The position numbers and the translations under genes were made by a program. Below are positions 15,827 to 23,209 of a stretch of 64,000 nt of DNA, piece by piece; the first letter of the stretch is position 1, and each line of letters opens with the position of its first letter. The notes beneath the pieces are model-generated. The model saw only the letters and a program-made list of their open reading frames with translations. It was not told where the DNA came from and made no database searches. The stretch comes from Acidimicrobiia bacterium (lineage in GTDB: Bacteria; Acidobacteriota; Vicinamibacteria; Vicinamibacterales; SCN-69-37): the NCBI GenBank assembly GCA_045862915.1, contig BTVE01000009.1, forward strand, positions 20,670 through 84,669, in the 5' to 3' direction.

Positions 15827-17566
15827 TCAGTCCTTCTTGAACGTGACGAAGACGTCGATCGTGACGTCGACCGGCCGGCCGTTGAGTTCCGTCGGCGTGA
15901 ACTGCCACTGCTGCACGGCCTGGATCACGGCCGCAGCCGCATCCGGATTTGCCGCCGGTGCGCCCTCATCGTCGACCACGGTGGCGTCCTGGACCACTCC
16001 GCCCGTGTCGATCCGGGCTCGCACGTGCACCGGGAACTCACCGGACCCGAGTCCAGCGGGACACGCCGGCAACACGTGTTTGATTTTTTTCGGTTCACGG
16101 ATCTGCCCGCCGATGCGAACCGGCTGCTGTTGCGCTGAGAGCACTGGGAACAACGTCTCCCAGAGGCGTGTGGACAGGGAGGCGCACGTGACGGTCACCG
16201 TCTCGCGTAATGTACCGAGCTTGAGTGTCAACGTGTGGTCAATCGTACCGCCCGTCGCCTGCACGACAACCTTCACCGGTGCGAAGCCGGAGAGTCTCGC
16301 CTCGAGGTTGTAGGTGGCCGGAGCCACGTTGGGAAAGCTGAAGCGCCCGGGTGCGTTGGTGCGGACCTCGGTCTGAGCGCCGGTCTGCGGATCGGTCAGC
16401 GTGACCGTCGCGCCCGGAATCCGTCCGCCCGACTGGTCTTCCACCTGCCCGGTGATCGTGGCTGTCTGCGGCGTCACACGGCGCGGTGGGACAACGGCCG
16501 GCGGTGTCGTGGTGCCAGGCGCCGGTGGTGCCGCGGGCCGGACGACCGAGGGCGGCTGCTGTTCGAGCTGCGCGAGGTCGTCGGTCGCCGGCGAGACACT
16601 CGCTGCAGCAATGGGGAGACTGACGACAAGTGTGGCGAGTGCCGCGAGGCTCCATCCCCAACGACTGACCGGCGTGCGACGCGTGTGATTCTGCAACATG
16701 GCAACGATTCTCCTCTCGAGCATGGACGGGTGAACGATGGCCGGGGCCGACATCCACGGAGTGTGTCGCGCCGAAAGCCGGTGTGAGAGTTCAAGCAGGT
16801 GTGTGGCGTACTCGGTGGCGCGCACACCCTGGCGCAGCACCGCATCATCACAGGCGTGTTCGCTGTGCCGGCGTAACTGACGGCAGGCGAGCCAGACCAG
16901 CGGATGAAAGGAATACAGGACGCGGACGGCCTCACCCAACGTCTGGATCGCCGCATCAGCGCGGGCAATGTGGGCGACCTCGTGCTGGAGCACCACACGC
17001 CACCGTTCGTCGCTCCAGGACGTCGCGTCCGTGGGCACGATGATGCCAGGCCGGCGGGTGCCGTAGGTGACCAGCAGCGACTCCGACTCGGTTTGCAGCA
17101 ATCGAATCGGCCGGCTCACGCCAAAGTCGGACGCCACGCCGGAGAGGATCACGCGCGGACCGCCGTGTATCTCGCGAGCGGTTGTCCGCAGGCGCGCGAG
17201 CCGGTAGCGGCCGGTCAACAGCCCGGCCAGCAGCACCAGCGAGGCCGCGCCCCACAGGCCGATCACCACCCTCATTGGCGTGAGGAACGGCTCGCCGGCA
17301 GGTGTCTCGATTGTGGTCGCGATGTCCGCCGCGTCCGACGCGAACGTCACTCCTGACGAGGTCGCGGCTGTCGCGGCGGGCCACTGAAAGACCGTGCGTG
17401 CGGGCAGCGTCCACTCAAGCAGCGGCATGGCGGCCGCAGCGACAAGCGCCGACGTGAGGATGGCGTGCCGCAGTGCCGCGGAGCGCGAGCGGAGCAGCCA
17501 CGCCAGCAGCAGGCCAATCGCCAGGACGATGGTGACATCGACAACGACGGCAAGTAGAAACGTCAT
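15827..17566 (-). CDS. BlaR1-like M56 membrane metalloprotease fused to CarboxypepD_reg and TonB_C-like domains
   Basis: N-terminal TM segments, Zn motif LQHEVAHIARAD, GQVEDQSGGRIPGATVTLTD...FSFPNVAPATYNLEARLSGF, and a C-terminal TonB_C-like GGVVQDATVVDD...AVQQWQFTPTELNGRPVDVTIDVFVTF. No penicillin-binding sensor domain was seen. Confidence 0.8.
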   Translation of the reverse strand: MTFLLAVVVDVTIVLAIGLLLAWLLRSRSAALRHAILTSALVAAAAMPLLEWTLPARTVFQWPAATAATSSGVTFASDAADIATTIETPAGEPFLTPMRVVIGLWGAASLVLLAGLLTGRYRLARLRTTAREIHGGPRVILSGVASDFGVSRPIRLLQTESESLLVTYGTRRPGIIVPTDATSWSDERWRVVLQHEVAHIARADAAIQTLGEAVRVLYSFHPLVWLACRQLRRHSEHACDDAVLRQGVRATEYATHLLELSHRLSARHTPWMSAPAIVHPSMLERRIVAMLQNHTRRTPVSRWGWSLAALATLVVSLPIAAASVSPATDDLAQLEQQPPSVVRPAAPPAPGTTTPPAVVPPRRVTPQTATITGQVEDQSGGRIPGATVTLTDPQTGAQTEVRTNAPGRFSFPNVAPATYNLEARLSGFAPVKVVVQATGGTIDHTLTLKLGTLRETVTVTCASLSTRLWETLFPVLSAQQQPVRIGGQIREPKKIKHVLPACPAGLGSGEFPVHVRARIDTGGVVQDATVVDDEGAPAANPDAAAAVIQAVQQWQFTPTELNGRPVDVTIDVFVTFKKD

Positions 17567-17955
17567 TGGTCTTCCTCCTTGCGCGCCTCGTCGATCAGCG
17601 CGGCAATCCGTGCGAGTTGTTCGTCCGTCAGCTTCGCGGCCTCTCCGCCGAGCAGGGCAGCCACGGCCTGTTCTGGGGACCCATCAAAAAAGGTGTCGAC
17701 GACGTGGCGCAGGGCGGAGCGGCGGGCCGTCTGGCGCGCGGCAACGGGCGCATACACATACCGCACCCCATCGTCGTGGTGCCGCACATGCCCCTTGCGT
17801 TCGAGGACACGCAGCTGCGTGCGGACCGTCGAGGACGTGGTGTCGGCCGGCAGGTCGGCCATGACCTCGGCGGCGGTGGCACGTCCGCGGCGGAAGAGGA
17901 TGTCCATGATTTCGCGTTCGCGGCGGGAGAGGGTGGCGTGGGGGTGTTTCGGCAT
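17563..17955 (-). CDS. blaI: BlaI/MecI/CopY-family transcriptional repressor
   Basis: LSRREREIMDILFRRGRATAAEVMADLP...STVRTQLRVLERKGHV is a winged-helix Penicillinase_R type. There is a 4-nt overlap with the downstream blaR1-like gene. Confidence 0.88.
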   Translation of the reverse strand: MPKHPHATLSRREREIMDILFRRGRATAAEVMADLPADTTSSTVRTQLRVLERKGHVRHHDDGVRYVYAPVAARQTARRSALRHVVDTFFDGSPEQAVAALLGGEAAKLTDEQLARIAALIDEARKEEDQ

Positions 17956-17994
17956 TGTTATTTTTGTCGCACCTTGTGTGCGAGAAAAATAACA
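17956..17994. promoter_or_regulatory. Candidate BlaI operator: 17-5-17 AT-rich dyad
   Basis: TGTTATTTTTGTCGCAC-CTTGT-GTGCGAGAAAAATAACA has arms complementary at 16 of 17 positions. It abuts the blaI start codon in the divergent blaI/MFS intergenic region and is the most AT-rich stretch I noticed. Confidence 0.6.
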
Positions 17995-18014
17995 GTCATG
18001 GCCGGGTGTGTCAA
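17986..18014 (-). promoter_or_regulatory. Candidate sigma70-type promoter of the blaI operon
   Basis: On the minus strand: TTGACA (18014-18009), a 17-nt spacer, TATTTT (17991-17986). The -10 box sits inside the right arm of the dyad. Confidence 0.5.
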
Positions 18015-18053
18015 GCCCACCCGCCTTTACGCCCCGGGGCTCTCTCGTCTACC

Positions 18054-19535
18054 ATGCGCCCACCCCACATGGCGACGTCCCGCGACCTTTCCCCAGCCCA
18101 GATCCGCCAGGTCATCACCGCATCGGCGGTCGGCACGATGATCGAGTGGTACGACTTCTACATTTTCGGGAGTCTGGCGACCATCATTGCGCCGCGGTTT
18201 TATCCGGCAGGTAACGACACACTCGCACTGATTGCCTACCTGTCCACGTTTGCCGTGGGCTTTGTGGTGCGTCCGTTTGGCGCGCTGGTGTTTGGACGGA
18301 TCGGTGACCTGGTCGGACGCAAGTATGCGTTTCTGGTGACGCTGATCCTCATGGGGGCATCGACCGCGCTGGTCGGCGTGTTGCCCACCTACGAAACGAT
18401 CGGAATGCTCGCGCCGGCAGCCTTGCTGGTGATTCGTGTGTTGCAGGGGCTTGCGCTCGGCGGCGAGTACGGTGGTGCTGCCGTGTACGTCGCAGAGCAC
18501 GTCCCCGATCATCGCCGCGGCTTCTACACCAGCTTCATCCAGATCACGGCGACGCTTGGCCTCTTCGTCTCGCTCATTGTCATCCTCGCCGTGCAGTCGA
18601 TGGTCGGGCCGGAGGCGTTTGCCGCCTGGGGCTGGCGCGTGCCGTTCCTGGTCTCGATCGGCCTGGTGGCGATTTCGCTCTACATCCGGCTGCGCATGCA
18701 GGAGTCGCCGATCTTTGAACATCTGAAGACACAGGGCATGACATCGGCCCGCCCGCTCAAGGAGGCGTTCACCGAGTGGCCGAACCTCAAGCGTGTGCTG
18801 GTCTCGTTGTTTGGTGCCACCGCCGGACAAGGTGTCGTCTGGTACACCGGGCAGTTTTATGCGTTGTTCTAGCTGCAGACGGTGCTGAAGGTGCACCCCA
18901 CCTCGGCCAACTACATCATTGCGACCGCGTTGCTGCTGGGCCTGCCGCTGTTTGTGATCATGGGCGCGTTGTCCGACCACGTCGGCCGCAAGCGTCTGAT
19001 GCTGGCCGGTTGCCTGCTGGCGGCGCTGGCGTATCTGCCGATTTACCAGGCAATGCAGGTCGCCGCCGGCAGTGACGTGGTGACGGCGATCTCTCAGCGG
19101 CATCCGATCACCGGAGCCATTTCACTCACGCCGATGACGATGCAGGACGGCGCGCTCGTGCCGGCCGCGCAGGTGCTGCCGTTCACCAGTGCCGCCGCGT
19201 TGTTTGCGTCAGGCACCGCCTGGACGCTGATCGGGCTGGTCTGGATCCAACTGGTGTTCGTCGCGATGGTGTATGGCCCGATTGCGGCGTATCTCGTTGA
19301 GGCGTTCCCTGCGCGCATTCGATACACGGCGTTGTCTCTGCCGTATCACATTGGCAACGGCGTCTTCGGCGGCTTGTTGCCGCTCATCGGCCTCTCAGTG
19401 GTTGCCGAAACCGGCAACATCTACGCCGGGCTGTACTATCCGATTGCGGTGGCGCTGATCACGGTGGTCGTTGGCGCCATCTGGCTTCAGGAAACCCATC
19501 ACCATCGCATCTGGGACGAGGTGGAACCACGATGA
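18054..19535 (+). pseudogene. MHS-type MFS transporter (ProP/KgtP-like) interrupted by an in-frame TAG
   Basis: Track ORFs 17955-18872 and 18882-19535 are in the same frame. The sequence reads ...VVWYTGQFYALF-TAG-LQTVLKVHPTSANYII, and each half has about 6 TM helices. The start is ATG 18054 or 18069 (MATSRDLSPAQIRQVITASAVGTMIEWYDFYIFG). Confidence 0.7.
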
Positions 19536-20803
19536 CCCGCATTCGCATCGGCCTGCTGGCCACGTTCGTCTGGGCGCTGTACGTTGTCGGCACATCGGCC
19601 GCCCCGGCGCAGGCCCAGAGCGCCGGTCTCGACCGTGCCCGCCTGGCGCACCTCGATCGCGTACTTGATGAACATGTCGCCTCGGGCCGGTTGCCTGGCG
19701 CCGTCGCGCTGGTCCTGCGTGACGGACAGGTCGTGTATGAGCGTGCCGTCGGATTTGCTGACCGGGAGGCCGGTGTGCCGATGGCGGCAGACTCGCTGTT
19801 CCGGATCGCCTCGCAGACCAAGGCCATCACCAGCGTTGCGGCCTTGATGCTGATGGAGGAGGGGCGGCTGCAACTGACCGACCCCATCAGCCGGTGGATG
19901 CCGACGTTCGCGAAGCCGGTCGTGGCGGTGGCAGGCACGGATGGCGCGACGGTGCGGGAACCTGCTCGCCGTGCCATTCGCGTGAACGACCTGCTCCTGC
20001 ACACCGCAGGGCTGTCGTACGGGACAGGCGCACGGGTCGCCGCAGAGTACGAAGCGGCTGGTCTTGGCCCGGCGGCGGGTTACGGCTGGTACACGGCCGA
20101 TAAGGCCGAGCCGATCTGCGCCACGATGGATCGCCTTGGCACGTTGCCGCTTGTCGCCCAGCCCGGAGAGGCCTGGGTGTACGGCTACGCCACCGACGTC
20201 CTCGGCTGTATCGTCGAGCGCGTGAGCGGCATGACGCTGGACACGTTTTTCCAGAGCCGGATCACCGGCCCGTTGGGGATGAACGACACGCACTTCTTTC
20301 TGCCGGCCGACAAGGCACGACGTCTCGCCGCCGTGTACGCCAGCGATGGCGACGGCAAAGCCATCCGCGCGCCCGAAGGATCGCGTGGGCAGGGGCACTA
20401 CACGACAGGACCACGCGCCAGTTACTCCGGCGGAGCCGGACTCGTGTCGACCGCACGCGACTACGCGCGACTGCTCGAGATGGTTCGACGCGGCGGCGAA
20501 CTCGATGGCGTTCGCCTGCTGTCGCCGCGCACGGTTGCCCTGATGACCACCAATCAGGTTGGAACGCTCCACTCGTCAGCGGGGCTGGGGTGGGGACTGG
20601 CCTTCGAGACCACGGATCGCCTGGGTGCCAACGGGCTGAGCGCACCGGGATCGTTCGGATGGGGAGGCGCGTACGGCTCGGTCTACCGCGTTGATCCGGA
20701 GGCCGGACTCACCATGGTGCTGCTGATTCAGCTGATACCCAATTCGACCGACATTCGAACGTTGTTCCCCACGCTGGTCACACAGGCCGTGGTGGGGAGG
20801 TAG
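19532..20803 (+). CDS. Beta-lactamase-family serine hydrolase (class C / esterase-like), secreted
   Basis: Signal peptide MTRIRIGLLATFVWALYVVGTSAAPAQA. SxxK motif in FRIASQTKAITSVAALML. ATGA overlap with the MFS stop. Confidence 0.8.
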   Translation: MTRIRIGLLATFVWALYVVGTSAAPAQAQSAGLDRARLAHLDRVLDEHVASGRLPGAVALVLRDGQVVYERAVGFADREAGVPMAADSLFRIASQTKAITSVAALMLMEEGRLQLTDPISRWMPTFAKPVVAVAGTDGATVREPARRAIRVNDLLLHTAGLSYGTGARVAAEYEAAGLGPAAGYGWYTADKAEPICATMDRLGTLPLVAQPGEAWVYGYATDVLGCIVERVSGMTLDTFFQSRITGPLGMNDTHFFLPADKARRLAAVYASDGDGKAIRAPEGSRGQGHYTTGPRASYSGGAGLVSTARDYARLLEMVRRGGELDGVRLLSPRTVALMTTNQVGTLHSSAGLGWGLAFETTDRLGANGLSAPGSFGWGGAYGSVYRVDPEAGLTMVLLIQLIPNSTDIRTLFPTLVTQAVVGR

Positions 20804-21974
20804 GCGTCCGGGCACGCACCAGCGTCCAGACCGGAATCAGCGACAGGCCCAGGCCCACGAGACTCAGCGCCGGAAATCCCGTGCGCGCCAGTAACCAGCC
20901 GGACGACAGGCTGGCGATCGCGCTGCCGCCCCAGATCAGGCTGTCCCCGGCGCCCTGCACACGCACACGGTGCTCAGGCGCGGTGCTGTCAGTCAGCAGT
21001 GCGCTGCCGCCGACAAAACCGAAGTTCCATCCCAGACCCAGCAGGAACAACGACACGGTCATCCACAGATAACTGCCGTCGCCGAGTGCGCCGATCAGGC
21101 ACGCCAGGACGAGGAGCGCCAGGCCCGTCCACAGCAGTGCGAATCGGCCGTAGCGATCGCCGATGCGGCCGGTGATCGGCGAAAACGCGAACATCCCCAG
21201 CGTGTGCGCCGAAATGACACCACCAATCGCCGACAGTTCGTGACCTTCATGGCGCAGATGCAGCGGCGTCATGGTCATCAGCAGCACCATCACGAACTGG
21301 CCGATCACCATCACAAGCAGCGCCAATCGCACGCCGGGGACGACAAGCAACTCGCGCAGGGGCACCAGGGACTGCGGGCGGGCGGCTTCACGTGTGGCCG
21401 CGTCCATGGCCGTCGGCGCGGTGAACATGATGGCGGCCGACACTACGCAAGCGACCAGGCACGCAACCAGGGGACCGGCCAGGGTGTTGATCTGCAGCCA
21501 ATGCGCCAGGTGCGTGGAGGGCCCCAGCAACGACGGGCCGGCTACCGCACCAATGGTGGAGGCCCAGACGATCCAGCCGATCATCGTGGCGCGACGGTCG
21601 GCGCTGTAGAGGTCCGCCACGACGTAGCGCGCCAGGCGATTGGAGCCGAAGCCCGCGCCGAAGAAAAACAGCGCGACGACAAACGTCAGGAACTGCTGTG
21701 TGAGGATGGCGCCGATGGCCGTGGTGATCGCGACCGCAGCCAGCAGGTACCCAAGCGCGAGTCCCGTGCGTGCGCCGCGCCGCCGGACCAGCGCTGCCAG
21801 GGCGGTGGCTCCCGCCGCCGTGCCGAGGACGGTGGCGGCCGCGGGCAGACCGGTCCACGTCGCGTGACCGGTCAGGTCTTCCGCCACCAATCCGTTCACG
21901 GTGTTGGACGCCAGGAAGCCGGTCGTCGAGACCGCCACACTCCCGAACACCGCGCCAAACGCGCGCCGAGTCAC
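20778..21974 (-). CDS. MFS transporter
   Basis: 398 aa, about 12 hydrophobic segments, typical MFS loop GRIGDRYGR. Its 3' end overlaps the convergent hydrolase gene by 26 nt. Confidence 0.75.
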   Translation of the reverse strand: MTRRAFGAVFGSVAVSTTGFLASNTVNGLVAEDLTGHATWTGLPAAATVLGTAAGATALAALVRRRGARTGLALGYLLAAVAITTAIGAILTQQFLTFVVALFFFGAGFGSNRLARYVVADLYSADRRATMIGWIVWASTIGAVAGPSLLGPSTHLAHWLQINTLAGPLVACLVACVVSAAIMFTAPTAMDAATREAARPQSLVPLRELLVVPGVRLALLVMVIGQFVMVLLMTMTPLHLRHEGHELSAIGGVISAHTLGMFAFSPITGRIGDRYGRFALLWTGLALLVLACLIGALGDGSYLWMTVSLFLLGLGWNFGFVGGSALLTDSTAPEHRVRVQGAGDSLIWGGSAIASLSSGWLLARTGFPALSLVGLGLSLIPVWTLVRARTPTSPPRPV

Positions 21975-23209
21975 TGTTTGAGGAACGCCAACATCTGGGC
22001 GGAGGTCTGATAGCCGGAGACCTTGCGAAGTGCGCTGCCGTCAGCCGGATTCACGACCACCATCGTGGGATAACCGGCCACACCAAAACGCTTTACCAAG
22101 GCTTTTTCGATGTCGCCGTCCAGCTTCACGCCGACAAAACCTGCGCTGATGACGCCGGCAACTTCTGCATCCGTCCAGATCCACTCGTCCATCGTCTTGC
22201 ACGGGCCACACCATGTGGTTTCGAAGTCGATCAGCAGGCGCTTGCCGGAGGCCTTGGCTGACGCGAGTGCCTCCTCGAAATTGTGCGACCAGGTCAGCGG
22301 CGCCTTGGTGCGGGCGCGTGGCCGTTCCGCGGCGACGCTGTCGTCGGCGAGTCGATCCTCGGCCTTGGTCACAGGTTTGTCGACGACCGCGAACGTAATG
22401 GACGAACCGTCACGCGCAAACGATCGGAACTCGAGCACCAGGTCTTTCTGGCCGTTGCCGCGTTCGAGGAACATCATGCGCGACGTATCGCGCGCTTCCT
22501 TGATTGAGAGGACGGCGGAGGCCGCATTGGGCATCGACGACTGGACGACCGACCACGAGTCACCTGGGCCATACACGGCGTCGTTGTTGCCGTCCATCGC
22601 GGCGACCAGCGCCTGCACACCGTTGACGGTGACCGGCGCCGAAGCCACCCACGAGCGCCGCGAGTACCGCAGAACGTCAGGCGCGGGCTGGCCGTCTTCG
22701 CGAACAATCCAGAAGCTGACCGAATACGGAAGTTCACGCACGGGGTCGGCGAACCGCACCTTCAACTCCGTTTCGTCAAACGAACTCCACCAGGCCTTAG
22801 TCTTCTCGTTCTGCGACGGCGTGGCCACGAGCGGCTGCTCGTCGGTGAACTGTCCGTCGCGATCGCGGTCGATGTAGATCTGCACCAGATCCGAGGGGTG
22901 TTTCGCGGTTGCCGTGGCCAGCACAGGGAGCCACGAACTGCGGTCGGGGCCAACCTGAATACGTCCCACCTTGGCCGGGCGCTGGGCGCCGGCGGGGAGG
23001 GCGAACGAGGCGGGCACGTTGCCGAGCGTGACCTGCGTGCCCTTGGGACTGAAGTTGGGCTTGGGCTGACTGCCGGTGGGGACCTGATAGGTGAGCGGGA
23101 CTGTGACCGTGCGCTCCTGCGCGGACACGCCGATCACCAGGGCCGCCGCCGTCACGAACACACCTGCGCCGAAAGCCAGTCTCTGCATCCCGGCATTGTG
23201 GCAGATCAC
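21971..23209 (-). CDS. Secreted thioredoxin-domain protein with an unknown ~280-aa N-terminal domain
   Basis: C-terminal LLIDFETTWCGPCKTMDEWIW...GYPTMVVV is a thioredoxin fold. Signal peptide MQRLAFGAGVFVTAAALVIGVSAQ. The alternative start ATG 23188 is plausible. Confidence 0.7.
   Translation of the reverse strand: MICHNAGMQRLAFGAGVFVTAAALVIGVSAQERTVTVPLTYQVPTGSQPKPNFSPKGTQVTLGNVPASFALPAGAQRPAKVGRIQVGPDRSSWLPVLATATAKHPSDLVQIYIDRDRDGQFTDEQPLVATPSQNEKTKAWWSSFDETELKVRFADPVRELPYSVSFWIVREDGQPAPDVLRYSRRSWVASAPVTVNGVQALVAAMDGNNDAVYGPGDSWSVVQSSMPNAASAVLSIKEARDTSRMMFLERGNGQKDLVLEFRSFARDGSSITFAVVDKPVTKAEDRLADDSVAAERPRARTKAPLTWSHNFEEALASAKASGKRLLIDFETTWCGPCKTMDEWIWTDAEVAGVISAGFVGVKLDGDIEKALVKRFGVAGYPTMVVVNPADGSALRKVSGYQTSAQMLAFLKQ

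Noticed and set aside
18870-18872. TAG in the MFS gene as pyrrolysine or another programmed recoding event.
   Set aside because: No pyl genes or recoding signals are visible in the window, and TAG is used as an ordinary stop by other genes here (for example rplQ and the tlpA-like gene). A nonsense mutation or sequencing error is more parsimonious.
20778-20803. 26-nt overlap of the convergent 3' ends of the serine hydrolase and MFS genes as a regulatory antisense device.
   Set aside because: Short convergent overlaps are common in compact high-GC genomes, and no additional structure was seen.
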